In this document: positions 27,429 through 36,879 of the stretch, piece by piece
Numbering within the stretch: position 1 is the first letter of the stretch
Layout: every line of letters starts with the position of its first letter
From: Bacteroidales bacterium
Lineage (GTDB): Bacteria > Bacteroidota > Bacteroidia > Bacteroidales > UBA932
Assembly (NCBI GenBank): GCA_017554305.1
Contig: JAFZIN010000017.1
Location: 1,919-65,918, forward strand
Reading direction: 5' to 3'
Length of the DNA stretch: 64,000 nucleotides
Notes under the pieces: model-generated
Told to the model about the DNA's origin: nothing
Seen by the model: the letters and a program-made list of their open reading frames with translations, nothing else
Databases searched by the model: none
Program-made: the position numbers and the translations under genes

Positions 27429-30158
27429 ATGAAAAAACAAATATTTCTTTTATGTCTAATTTCCTCTGTTATAATCACCTTAATTGGGTGCGTAAAAGAG
27501 GATGAGACTCCAATAGATAAAACAGGTCTTCTTGAAGAGGAAGATTTGCATGAAGTAGTTTTCCACGCTGGTTGGGCTCAAGAGACAAAAACAGTTCTTA
27601 AGGAGGATGGAAGTGTCTGGTGGACTCCGGGAGATTCAATAGCCTTATTTATGGTAGGCGGATCAGGGATAAAAAAGTATTGTTTAAAAGCGGATTGTAA
27701 AGAGCCTGCGCAAACTACAAACTTCATTGGTAAAATTGGTGAAGAGAGTGGCACCTATTATGCTATCTACCCTTACAATAATGCTGGAGAATGGTTATCT
27801 CGCTTCACCATTCCTATGGTCCAATATGCAAAAGCAGGAGGTTTTGCTCCTGGTCAATTTGTCAGTTTTACAAGGTCTGATAATAAAGACCTTACTTTCT
27901 ACAATGTGTGTGCTGGCATCAAGTTTTCAGTAGCTCACGAAGGCATTTCAAAAGTCGTCTTCAAAAGCAGACAAAATAGTTATCCTATTATTACGGGAGA
28001 AATGGGAATCCCGTTCTACACTCAGTTCCCTGATACTCCGGATATAGTCCCGGTCTTTAACTCTGATGACCCAAGTGTATCGGAATCCGATGTGTCAAAT
28101 ACGTTGACGGTGTATCCTGCAGAGGGTAAATATTTTATTCCCGGAGAGTATTACTATGCCTCTATAAGACCTGGTTACACGTCACTTGTTGTATCGTTTT
28201 ATACGGATGAACAAGTGGCAACGACCTCGCTTCCAGGCGGGATTATTGAAAGATCCAAAATTGCCGTCCTTCAAGAAAAAGACAAGGACCTCACTTTTGA
28301 GCAGGATTATAACTATTCTTATTCATTATTAGGTCCGGATATTCTTCCTGAAGGAATTGAGAAAACCGCTATCCGAGATGTTATCTTCCACACATCGAGT
28401 GATGTGACAACCTCAACAGTAGTTCCAAGTTCTATCCCATCTGTTGATGGTCGCATCTGGCAAGATTATATCCCTGTTTATTTTGAATTGAAAGGTACAA
28501 CAGCACACTACTATTCCAAGGCCGAGCGATATCTGATGACGGGACCGGAATGTATCTCATTCCAGGGATGGAGGGAACTTCGCTCTGTTGATCTTTCTAT
28601 GTTTTGTACTAATCAAGTTACAGATTTCTCGTACATGTTCAATAGTTGTGTCAAACTGGAAAGTGTCAATTTATCAAGTTTTAATACAAGTAGTGCACAG
28701 CGAATGACCGGTATGTTTAGTGATTGTAAAAGCCTTAAGGGTTTAGATCTACGTAGTTTCTCTTCAAGAAGCTTAGTTGGTTTTGAACCGGCAGCACAAT
28801 TATTCGCTCAATGTTATGATTTGGTTAAATTGGACTTGGGGAACTTTGATCTTTCTAATTGCGATCATTTTGGTGCGATGATATGGTTTGCTAAGTTCAG
28901 CAAGAATTGTGCGATTCGTTGTAATGCGGCAACGCGTTTAAAATTAAGCGATTCTGATTCTCAACTTGGATCAAGTGCTGATTATATCACATGGGTGCTT
29001 CCAGAAGAAGATATTCCAGATTTAGAGCCAATTGTAGATCCTACTTTATACACCAGTACGGACTATAGTAAAGACAAAACTGTTAGAATCCTTCATCAAG
29101 CTACTAAAGGGAATGGCGTTGATATTGTTCTTTTGGGCGATGGCTATTCTGACAGGATGATTGCAGATGGTACTTATGATGCAGATATGGAATTGGCTAT
29201 GAATGCCATACTTAAAGATGAACCATACGCCTCATTTAAGGACTACATCAATGTGTATACGGTATATGCAGTTTCCAAGAATGAAATTCCATTTAGTACT
29301 CGTACTGCATTTGATGTATCAATTAATCAGTGGGACCCCGTAGCCGGAATTATTTGTAGTAGGGATGAGTATGAGGTTTACCGATATGCATCTATTGCGT
29401 TTCCAAATAAAGACTTGGAAGACATAGCCATGATTATCATTATCAATCAAGCAGAAGGAGATGGAGATTCGTTTACAGACGGCGTGGCCGTCTCTGAAGG
29501 GTGGTGGAGTAATGATGATTACTTAGATTACGCCGCTCATGCCAAATCTATTGGAATGATTAATAGGAGAGACCGTTCTCAGACAAAAACTTTTTCAGAA
29601 ATAGTTGCACATGAATTTGGCCATGTTTTCGCAAAACTAGGAGATGAATACGTCATGTTTAACGGTAGTCAAATACCTGATTGGGAGAGAAACGCTATTG
29701 TTGATGCTGCAATACATGTTGGTTGGTGGAGTAATATTGATGTCACAAATGATCCTCAAAAGATAAAATGGAAAAGATTTCTGGAAGATGAACGATATTC
29801 AGGGACTGGTATTGGCATATTTGCAGGAGGCTATACATACTCAGATGGCGTATGGCATCCATCTGAAAACAGTATTATGAGATTCAACACCGGAGGGTTT
29901 AATGCCCCGTCTAGAGAGGTGATTTATAAAAGAATACACAAGCTTGCGTTAGGTAAAGATTGGCAATATGACTACGAAACATTCGTAGAATATGACCAAA
30001 AGAACATTGAAGCGGAAAAAGCTGCTCAAACAGCACAAGTTTCACAAAGCACTGCGAAAATCCCATATCCGGCAAGGGTTAATAGGAAGCATCTCTTTAA
30101 GATGGAGGAGTCCACCACTGCAGACGGAAAAAAGAAGGTAACCGTCATAATGAATTAA
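27429..30158 (+). CDS. Chimeric surface lipoprotein: N-terminal Ig/fimbrillin-like region, DUF285/BspA-type leucine-rich repeats, C-terminal M64 (IgA-protease-like) zinc metallopeptidase
   Basis: Lipobox ITLIGC. Repeated F..C..L..(V/L)(N/D)LSSF units (MFNSCVKLESVNLSSFNTSS..MFSDCKSLKGLDLRSFSS..). C-terminal VLLGDGYS...HEFGHVFAKLGDEY matches the M64 pattern. Confidence 0.75.
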   Translation: MKKQIFLLCLISSVIITLIGCVKEDETPIDKTGLLEEEDLHEVVFHAGWAQETKTVLKEDGSVWWTPGDSIALFMVGGSGIKKYCLKADCKEPAQTTNFIGKIGEESGTYYAIYPYNNAGEWLSRFTIPMVQYAKAGGFAPGQFVSFTRSDNKDLTFYNVCAGIKFSVAHEGISKVVFKSRQNSYPIITGEMGIPFYTQFPDTPDIVPVFNSDDPSVSESDVSNTLTVYPAEGKYFIPGEYYYASIRPGYTSLVVSFYTDEQVATTSLPGGIIERSKIAVLQEKDKDLTFEQDYNYSYSLLGPDILPEGIEKTAIRDVIFHTSSDVTTSTVVPSSIPSVDGRIWQDYIPVYFELKGTTAHYYSKAERYLMTGPECISFQGWRELRSVDLSMFCTNQVTDFSYMFNSCVKLESVNLSSFNTSSAQRMTGMFSDCKSLKGLDLRSFSSRSLVGFEPAAQLFAQCYDLVKLDLGNFDLSNCDHFGAMIWFAKFSKNCAIRCNAATRLKLSDSDSQLGSSADYITWVLPEEDIPDLEPIVDPTLYTSTDYSKDKTVRILHQATKGNGVDIVLLGDGYSDRMIADGTYDADMELAMNAILKDEPYASFKDYINVYTVYAVSKNEIPFSTRTAFDVSINQWDPVAGIICSRDEYEVYRYASIAFPNKDLEDIAMIIIINQAEGDGDSFTDGVAVSEGWWSNDDYLDYAAHAKSIGMINRRDRSQTKTFSEIVAHEFGHVFAKLGDEYVMFNGSQIPDWERNAIVDAAIHVGWWSNIDVTNDPQKIKWKRFLEDERYSGTGIGIFAGGYTYSDGVWHPSENSIMRFNTGGFNAPSREVIYKRIHKLALGKDWQYDYETFVEYDQKNIEAEKAAQTAQVSQSTAKIPYPARVNRKHLFKMEESTTADGKKKVTVIMN

Positions 30159-30173
30159 TAGAACAGATAGAAT

Positions 30174-31058
30174 ATGAAAACACTCAAAATATTATTTGTA
30201 ATTACTCTTACTTCTGTTGTATATTCTTGCGGTGGAGGTGGTGGTGCAGATAAACCGGACGGTCCAATAACTCCGGCTGTTGTATCAGTTACTTCTATCT
30301 CCCTTTCAAAGACATCAGCAGAACTCGCCATTGGCAAGACTCTTCAGCTAACAGCAACGGTAAGTCCGTCTAATGCCACAGATAAAACTGTAACATGGAG
30401 TTCTTCAAGTACTACAGTGGCTTCAGTATCTCCGACTGGACTTGTAACTGCCATAGCAGAAGGCTCTTCAAACATCACAGCCTCTTGTGGTGGGAAAATC
30501 GCAACTTGCAAGATTACAGTGGTAAAACCAACTGTTGCTGTAACTTCCGTTGAACTGGATCAGACAGACATCACTTTGAAGAAGGGCGATTCCCAAACAC
30601 TGAAGGCAACCGTAAAACCGGATAATGCTACAGACAAAAATGTCACTTGGACGTCTTCCAAGACGGACGTTGCCACCGTTGACAACGCAGGTAAAGTTAC
30701 AGCTGTTGCAAAGGGAGTTTCCACTATCACAGCGTCTTGCAGCGGTAAGACGGCCACCTGTAAGGTGAATGTTACCGTTCCGGTAGAATCTGTTACGCTG
30801 AGTCAGACTTCTGCATCATTGAAAGTCAATGAAACTGTAACCCTTACGGCAACGGTTAAACCGGACGATGCTACAGACAAGACCGTAACATGGAGTACCT
30901 CAGATGGTTCCGTAGCAACCGTAAGCAATGGCGTTGTTACAGCGAAGAAAGTAGGAACTGCAACCATAACAGCAAAAGCGGGCGATAAAACAGCAACCTG
31001 TGAAATTACGGTAATAGTTTCGGGAGGTCACGAGGGTTTTACTGAAGAGGATTGGTAG
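30174..31058 (+). CDS. Lipoprotein with three tandem Big_2 (bacterial Ig-like) domains
   Basis: Lipobox VVYSCGGGGG. Three ~80-aa repeats of V.S(V/I).L....(L)...T..L.ATV.P..ATDK.VTW.SS...VATV...G.VTA...G...ITA....KTATC.(I/V).V. Confidence 0.85.
   Translation: MKTLKILFVITLTSVVYSCGGGGGADKPDGPITPAVVSVTSISLSKTSAELAIGKTLQLTATVSPSNATDKTVTWSSSSTTVASVSPTGLVTAIAEGSSNITASCGGKIATCKITVVKPTVAVTSVELDQTDITLKKGDSQTLKATVKPDNATDKNVTWTSSKTDVATVDNAGKVTAVAKGVSTITASCSGKTATCKVNVTVPVESVTLSQTSASLKVNETVTLTATVKPDDATDKTVTWSTSDGSVATVSNGVVTAKKVGTATITAKAGDKTATCEITVIVSGGHEGFTEEDW
30285..31010. repeat. Three diverged tandem coding repeats (~240 bp each, Big_2 domains)
   Basis: The protein-level repeat is seen directly in the translated ORF 30174..31058. 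Boundaries are approximate. Confidence 0.7.
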
Positions 31059-31101
31059 TATTGCCTTTTTCTCTTTTTTGCTCAAAAGCGGCATGTATCT
31101 A

Positions 31102-31129
31102 TTTCGCATTTTGCGTTTCGCATTTTGCG
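31102..31129. repeat. Perfect tandem duplication of 14 bp TTTCGCATTTTGCG
   Basis: Copies at 31102..31115 and 31116..31129. The second copy extends into the hairpin/palindrome ttcgca-ttt-tgcgaa. Lies 18 nt upstream of the -7 box at 31147. Confidence 0.9.
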
Positions 31130-31146
31130 AAATGAAAAAGAATATA

Positions 31147-31154
31147 TATATTTG
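31147..31154 (+). promoter_or_regulatory. Bacteroidetes -7 promoter box TAtaTTTG
   Basis: TAnnTTTG match 18 nt upstream of ATG 31172. Confidence 0.45.
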
Positions 31155-31171
31155 TGGAAAATTAAAAAGAT

Positions 31172-32296
31172 ATGAATCCTTTTTACTTGATTCCACATAC
31201 GCCTGAGCCATATTTCTGCGATAGGAAGAAAGAGACGGAAGATCTGGTTCACTTTCTTGAAAATGGACAAAATGTTACCCTAATTGCCCCTCGCAGATAT
31301 GGGAAAACGGGTCTTATTTACCATGTTTTTGATAAATTAGCGAAGAAAAAGGGCCGCATGGAGTTATTCTATGTGGATATCTATGCTACCAGCAGTGTTG
31401 ATGATTTTATAGCCGTCTTTGCAGAATCAATTGCAAAGGTGCTGAAGAAAAAATCTTTGGTGAAATCGTTTCTGAAATTCCTTAGCCGTATCCGACCGGT
31501 AATAAGCCAAGATCCATTCAGCGGCGAACCCAAGTTTTCTTTTACTCTGGATACGGATGCAGACCGCCGCTATTCACTTAAAACACTGCTTGATTATCTG
31601 GAACACAGACCAACCAAAGTTATTGTGGCCATTGACGAATTTCAGCAAATCCGCGAATATGATGGCATGTCCATGGAGGCTCTACTTAGGACTTATATAC
31701 AGCCTCTTACCAATGTTCAGTTTATCTTCTCCGGCAGCCGGAAGCACATGATGTCTGAAATGTTTACATACGAGAAGAGCCCCTTTTATGAAAGTGCCTC
31801 GCTATACTATTTGGATAAAATAGACAGAGTTGTCTATGCATCTTTCATCAAAGAACAGTTTGAAAAAGAGAAGAAGCATATAACAGAAGATGCCATAGAC
31901 TATATATTGGAATGGACACGTTGTCATACTTTCTATACTCAATCCTTATGCAACCGAGTTTTTTCAAACGTTCGGAAAGAAGCCAGCATTGTAAATGTTT
32001 TTATGGCAGCAGATGCTTTACTATCAGAGAATTATGAAACTTTTCTTGAACGGCGTTCACTTCTTACGCCCAGGCAATGGAAGTTCCTCATAGCAGTTGC
32101 CAAGGAGGGTATTGTGAACGAACCAACAGGAGCTGCTTTCCTGCAGAAATATAACCTAGGAGCTCCCTCAACGGTCTCCAGATTGCTCTCTGCTCTTACG
32201 GAAAAAGAATTACTCCTGGAAACCAAGTCTTTGGAAGGCAGTTCTTACTGTGTTTATAATGTTTTCTTATCCAGATGGTTGGAAAGACTGGGATAG
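31172..32296 (+). CDS. AAA+ ATPase (archaeal-ATPase/DUF234-type, C-terminal wHTH-like)
   Basis: Walker A APRRYGKTGL, Walker B VIVAIDEFQ, sensor-like FIFSGSRKH. The C-terminal ~90 aa (RQWKFLIAVAKEG...STVSRLLSALTEKELL) look like a winged helix. Confidence 0.75.
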   Translation: MNPFYLIPHTPEPYFCDRKKETEDLVHFLENGQNVTLIAPRRYGKTGLIYHVFDKLAKKKGRMELFYVDIYATSSVDDFIAVFAESIAKVLKKKSLVKSFLKFLSRIRPVISQDPFSGEPKFSFTLDTDADRRYSLKTLLDYLEHRPTKVIVAIDEFQQIREYDGMSMEALLRTYIQPLTNVQFIFSGSRKHMMSEMFTYEKSPFYESASLYYLDKIDRVVYASFIKEQFEKEKKHITEDAIDYILEWTRCHTFYTQSLCNRVFSNVRKEASIVNVFMAADALLSENYETFLERRSLLTPRQWKFLIAVAKEGIVNEPTGAAFLQKYNLGAPSTVSRLLSALTEKELLLETKSLEGSSYCVYNVFLSRWLERLG

Positions 32297-32305
32297 CTGA
32301 GATTC

Positions 32306-32845
32306 TCAAATAATCTTGAGAGTGTGGTTGGTGGAGGGGAGGTATTTTTGGAGGAGGTCTGCGGTGGAGATTTTTACAAAGCAGGTGGCGGTGCCGTCCG
32401 TGCAGGCAAACTCACTGCTCTCTGCAATGCTCTTATCCATAATCAGATGCACATCTTTGCAGGAGGGCAGAACGGCGCTTAAGATGGTAGTTGCGCCAAC
32501 TTTTACTCCGGTGAGGTTCCATAAACTATCGGGAGAAGAAAAGGAGACTCTCGGTATCTGAAGGGCTCCGCAGAACTCTCTGGTTACAAAGGGTTTGTCA
32601 TCTGTTGTTACATAGAGGTAGAACTCCGTTTGCTGGCGGTTGCAGAGGAAGAGGGTCTTAACAATGCGGCAACCTATTTTGGCATCAATATGCTGGCAGT
32701 CCTCCATTGTGATGCCGGGGTCCGTATCTACTCTCTGATAGGGGATACTGAGCTTTGCAAAGGTCTCATAGACAAGCCTCCTGAGCTCTGTTTCAAACTC
32801 AGGAGGTGGTGTTGTCATAAGATTGCTTACCTTAAATTCACTCAT
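32306..32845 (-). CDS. YbaK/ProX-like aminoacyl-tRNA editing domain protein
   Basis: 179 aa. Overall similarity to prolyl-tRNA-synthetase-associated (YbaK-fold) proteins (…KTLFLCNRQQTEFYLYV…GATTILS…), recognised from memory only. Confidence 0.55.
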   Translation of the reverse strand: MSEFKVSNLMTTPPPEFETELRRLVYETFAKLSIPYQRVDTDPGITMEDCQHIDAKIGCRIVKTLFLCNRQQTEFYLYVTTDDKPFVTREFCGALQIPRVSFSSPDSLWNLTGVKVGATTILSAVLPSCKDVHLIMDKSIAESSEFACTDGTATCFVKISTADLLQKYLPSTNHTLKII

Positions 32846-33354
32846 TAGTTAGCCGGCTGTACGTAGGTGGTATCTCTTCTTATGGCGTCAAACATAACTA
32901 CGCCGTCTTTAACGAATGCAGAAACTATGTTTCTGAACCAGGTGCCTCCGTCTACTCCTTCATAGTAGAACTCACCGTTCTTCTTTACAACCTCCACTAC
33001 TCTGTCATCCTCTCCGCCTCCGTCATTGCTGTCTGAACGGAACTCCCAAAATGCATAACCCTCGCCGTCATACTCGTAATCATCTTTGAGTTGCTTTAGA
33101 AGTTTTGGAGTGCAGTGTTTTTCCAACCATTCAACTTCCCAATAGAGATCCTTCTCGTACATCTCCTTTATGTAGTTCATAATCAGCTCATCATCTGCGG
33201 TTAAGGTGTCTGTTTGAGGAGTTGTTTCCTGTGCCGCGGTTGCCACTGTGTCCTTAGTTTGAGGCTCACTTTCTGCTGCTTTTTGATTGTTTTTGCAGGA
33301 GAAAACAAGTGTTGCGAAAAGGCAAATTGTAAAAAGTAAGGTTATCTTTTTCAT
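32845..33354 (-). CDS. Hypothetical lipoprotein
   Basis: Lipobox LVFSC, then a T/Q/E-rich linker and a small globular domain. Its stop overlaps the next gene's start by 1 nt. Confidence 0.6.
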   Translation of the reverse strand: MKKITLLFTICLFATLVFSCKNNQKAAESEPQTKDTVATAAQETTPQTDTLTADDELIMNYIKEMYEKDLYWEVEWLEKHCTPKLLKQLKDDYEYDGEGYAFWEFRSDSNDGGGEDDRVVEVVKKNGEFYYEGVDGGTWFRNIVSAFVKDGVVMFDAIRRDTTYVQPAN

Positions 33355-33386
33355 ATTGATAAATATTTAATTTCAATGAGTTAGCG

Positions 33387-35189
33387 TTACATTGGATAGA
33401 GAAGGTTTACAACTGTAAGGTTTACAGCAAGTATGATGAAGTTCATACAAACGCCTATCTTTAAGAAGTCTGAGAATCTGTAGCCGCCCGGACCGTAAAC
33501 CAGCATGTGTGTTGGTGAGCCTATAGGTGTTGCAAAACTGCATGATACGGCAATCATAAGTGAGATGATAAACGGCAGCGGATTTACGCCTAATGATACA
33601 GCCGTCTGGTAAACAATAGGATAGAAGATTGTACCTGCGGCCGTGTTGGATATGAATTCCGTTAGGAAGGTTGCCGCAAAACACATCATAGTCATTACCA
33701 GAAGAGGACGGTCATTGCAGAGGGAGAGCATACCGTTTGCAATTGCCTCTGCTATACCGGTTTTCTGTATGGCCGTTCCAATTACAACACTTCCGGCAAA
33801 GACCATAAGTATATTCCAGTCTATTGCCTTCATTGCCTGAGAAGGGGTGCAGCAGCGGAAGATCAGCATTGCCGCAGCGGCAAGGAATGCACTCTGAAGC
33901 AATGTCATAATCTTAAGGCTGGAGAGCACAATCATCCCCACCATAATCAGGCTGGAAATGAGCGTCTTAACGCCTATGCGAGGGATGACGGAATCATTCT
34001 CCACAAACTGAAGTCCGCGTATCTGATACAGAGGGTTGGAGGGGTTTGAACGGTGGGTTACCGGAGAACACTCCAAAAGAAGTGAATCTCCAACCTTCAG
34101 TTCTATATCTCTGGGAGCCTGGCTTATGCGCTCTCCACGGCGGGCTACTGCAACCAGTGTGAACTGATTGTCATTCTCTATTGTTGTCTCTGAAAGTCTC
34201 TTTCCAACCAGATTGCATTCCGGCATTATGTAAGCTGTAACAAGCTGCCTTCTGGTATCCAACTCGCTTACGGTAAAAACCGGATGGTCTGCGCTCACAA
34301 GGTGGTGAGTCTTGCGCAGTTCCAGTATGTCCTCCAGGTTGCCGGAGAATACCAGGCGGTCTCCGCCCATCAGAAACTCATCCTGCGGAACGGGGCTAAT
34401 CACCTCACGGTCAAAGCGAACAATCTCAATCAGCTGACCTCCTTCTACTTTTGTAAGGCCCGCCTCCTGAACGGTCTTACCAATATGGGGGCAGTCTGCA
34501 GGAATCAGAAGTTCTTCTGTGTACTCATTTGTCTTTTCAAAAGACTCCTCAGCACTGCGCCTGTCCGGCAAAAGTTTTCTTAATGCAATGATGGATAGCA
34601 CGCCTACTCCCAGACAGGCCAAACCCGGAATTGTGGTGGAAAATATGTTTAGGCTTATGCCTGTATCTTCTGCGTAAAGACCAGATATGATGAGGTTTGG
34701 AGGAGTTCCTATAAGGGTGCAGACTCCGCCAAGACCGGAGGCGTAACTAAGAGGAATGAGCAGTTTGGAGGGAGAAATGTGTAACTTCCTTGCCCATATC
34801 TTTACTATATTTACAAAGAGCGCTACAACCGTAGTGTTGCTCAAAACGGAGCTGAGTCCGGCAACCGGAAGCATAAGTCTTACAACTGCGGAAGAATAGC
34901 GTTTAGGTGTTCCAAGCAGGTGACGCACAATCCATTGCAGCACTCCTGTGTGGATAAGCCCGGCAAGGACGGCAAACAAAACGCCAATAACAACTACGGA
35001 AGATGAGGAGAAGCCTCCAAGAGCCTCCTTGGTGTCAAGTACGCCGGTAAGCAGAAGAATGGCAATAACTCCCAAAAAGGCAACATCCTCCCTCAATTTT
35101 GTCAGCAGCAAACACAAAAACATTGCGAGCACTGTAACTATTGTTATCCATGCTCCAAGATTTAATCCAAGTAAGACTATATCACTCAT
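33387..35189 (-). CDS. SLC13/DASS-family permease with two central TrkA-C domains
   Basis: 600 aa. Multi-TM halves flank two RCK_C-like segments (…IPADCPHIGKTVQEAGL…, …PECNLVGKRLSETTI…). Confidence 0.8.
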   Translation of the reverse strand: MSDIVLLGLNLGAWITIVTVLAMFLCLLLTKLREDVAFLGVIAILLLTGVLDTKEALGGFSSSSVVVIGVLFAVLAGLIHTGVLQWIVRHLLGTPKRYSSAVVRLMLPVAGLSSVLSNTTVVALFVNIVKIWARKLHISPSKLLIPLSYASGLGGVCTLIGTPPNLIISGLYAEDTGISLNIFSTTIPGLACLGVGVLSIIALRKLLPDRRSAEESFEKTNEYTEELLIPADCPHIGKTVQEAGLTKVEGGQLIEIVRFDREVISPVPQDEFLMGGDRLVFSGNLEDILELRKTHHLVSADHPVFTVSELDTRRQLVTAYIMPECNLVGKRLSETTIENDNQFTLVAVARRGERISQAPRDIELKVGDSLLLECSPVTHRSNPSNPLYQIRGLQFVENDSVIPRIGVKTLISSLIMVGMIVLSSLKIMTLLQSAFLAAAAMLIFRCCTPSQAMKAIDWNILMVFAGSVVIGTAIQKTGIAEAIANGMLSLCNDRPLLVMTMMCFAATFLTEFISNTAAGTIFYPIVYQTAVSLGVNPLPFIISLMIAVSCSFATPIGSPTHMLVYGPGGYRFSDFLKIGVCMNFIILAVNLTVVNLLYPM

Positions 35190-35284
35190 TCTATATTTAT
35201 TCTGTAATCCAAATTGCTATTTCAAAGGTACACAAAAGAACTCTCACTTAATCTCTTCCTATTGGATTTTTGAGCAGTTTAATA

Positions 35285-35292
35285 TAACTTTG
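35285..35292 (+). promoter_or_regulatory. Bacteroidetes -7 promoter box TAacTTTG
   Basis: TAnnTTTG match 36 nt upstream of ATG 35328. Confidence 0.4.
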
Positions 35293-35327
35293 TAAGGATT
35301 AATATTAACAACCTAAAAATCAACCTT

Positions 35328-35849
35328 ATGGCAAACGCACTTCCTCAATTGGATTTTATGCAGGCAATTAAGCTTGCTTACAGCCGTTTAACGGACACTA
35401 AGGGCCGTTCACGCAGATCAGAGTTCTGGTGGGCAATGCTGGTTCTCTGTGTTGGCGGTGGTATTATTGCAGCTATCCTCAAGGGAATCCCTTATGTAGG
35501 ATTCTGGCTCTATCTTATTATTACAGTTGCTACCCTGATTATCTCTCTGCCTCTTATGATGCGCCGTATGCATGACATAGGCAAAGGAGACGGACTGGTA
35601 AAGGCTTATGCAATTATTTATGCCGTTTACCTCCTTGTTGCCTTCCTAACCTGGTTATTCTTCCATTTAGGATGGGTATCTACTCTCATTACAGGAGTTT
35701 TGACAGTGCTTGTTTGGATTGCATTGGGAGTAATTGCTATTATCCTGATTGTTTTCTGCGCTCAGGACGGAGTTCCTCAGAGCAACGAGTGGGGCCCATC
35801 TCCAAAGTATGTTGACGGACCTGCTGCTCCTCAGAATCCTGCACAGTAA
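35328..35849 (+). CDS. DUF805-family inner membrane protein
   Basis: GRSRRSEFWW motif, several TM helices and RRMHDIGK. Confidence 0.8.
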   Translation: MANALPQLDFMQAIKLAYSRLTDTKGRSRRSEFWWAMLVLCVGGGIIAAILKGIPYVGFWLYLIITVATLIISLPLMMRRMHDIGKGDGLVKAYAIIYAVYLLVAFLTWLFFHLGWVSTLITGVLTVLVWIALGVIAIILIVFCAQDGVPQSNEWGPSPKYVDGPAAPQNPAQ

Positions 35850-35871
35850 TTTCTGATAGAGGAGAAAGAGA

Positions 35872-35909
35872 AGAGGATGGCTTTCATTGAGCCATCCTCT
35901 TTGTTTTTT
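35872..35909 (+). terminator. Rho-independent terminator
   Basis: 10-bp stem agaggatggc / gccatcctct with a 9-nt loop, followed by ttgtttttt. Overlaps the 3' end of the convergent EamA gene. Confidence 0.7.
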
Positions 35910-36807
35910 CACTATTTACCAGCCCTACACCGGTGAAAACCAGTATTGTAGCAAAGACCTTCAGAGCATTTAAAGTATCCAGGCCCAGGATAAGGGCTAT
36001 TACCATCGCGATGACCGGTTGCACATAACTGTACATACAGACCACTACCGGGCGGAGTCTTTTTTGCCCTATCGGGATAAGAAAATATGCTATAAATGTG
36101 GAACCTACAACAACATAGAGCACATGCCAGATTATATTGGCAGGAAGTGCTGTGAGGTTGGAGGCTGCAAACGATCTGAAAGAGAGGGGGATAGCCATAA
36201 GAGATGAGAAGAGGAACATCCATTTCATAAAGGTTACCACCGAGTATTTTTGAATCAGAGGTTTGAAGATTCCTACGTAAGAGGCAAAGCTTAAGGTGTT
36301 TACAAGCATTGCCAGGATACCGGTAAGAGAAGAAGAGTCTGCTCCGGTGCTAAGTGAAACACAGTTGAAAATCAGTATCAGAACTCCTACAAGGCTGAGG
36401 CCTATGCCCGCAACTCCGCTCCAGGTAATCTTCTCATTTATAACAATTACAGAGATTATGAGTGTCATAATGGGACTCAGCGTACTCATTATGGAAGCAT
36501 CTATGGCGGTGGTCTTGGTTATGGCATAAAGGAAGGAGACCTGAGTCATAAAAAGCCCAAGGAATGAGGCAATAAACACCTTCCCCATATCTCTGAGTTC
36601 TATCTTCTCCTTTGGTGCGGTAAAGAGAGACCATATCCAAAAGAGAGCGGTTGCACCAAAAGCACGGAGGCAGAACAGGGCCATTGGAGTCAGATTACCG
36701 TCCAGCGCTATATACTTGCAACTGACTATGTTAAAGCCAAAGATCATATAGGCCGCAAGGCAGGCCATATTCCCCACAAATATACCGTTGCTTTTTGCTG
36801 AAGTCAT
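35884..36807 (-). CDS. EamA/DMT-family transporter
   Basis: 307 aa, ~10 TM helices in two EamA-like halves. Confidence 0.8.
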   Translation of the reverse strand: MTSAKSNGIFVGNMACLAAYMIFGFNIVSCKYIALDGNLTPMALFCLRAFGATALFWIWSLFTAPKEKIELRDMGKVFIASFLGLFMTQVSFLYAITKTTAIDASIMSTLSPIMTLIISVIVINEKITWSGVAGIGLSLVGVLILIFNCVSLSTGADSSSLTGILAMLVNTLSFASYVGIFKPLIQKYSVVTFMKWMFLFSSLMAIPLSFRSFAASNLTALPANIIWHVLYVVVGSTFIAYFLIPIGQKRLRPVVVCMYSYVQPVIAMVIALILGLDTLNALKVFATILVFTGVGLVNSEKTKRMAQ

Positions 36808-36879
36808 TACCCTGATTATTGGGAGGCGAAAATAAGAAAAAACTGATTACCTTCATTTGCATTATTCCAATTCAATCCT

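Noticed and set aside
33373-33684. 103-aa minus-strand ORF overlapping the 3' end of the SLC13 permease gene
   Set aside because: It is in a different frame of the same strand within a clearly coding 600-aa permease, and is Cys/Arg-rich with no motif.
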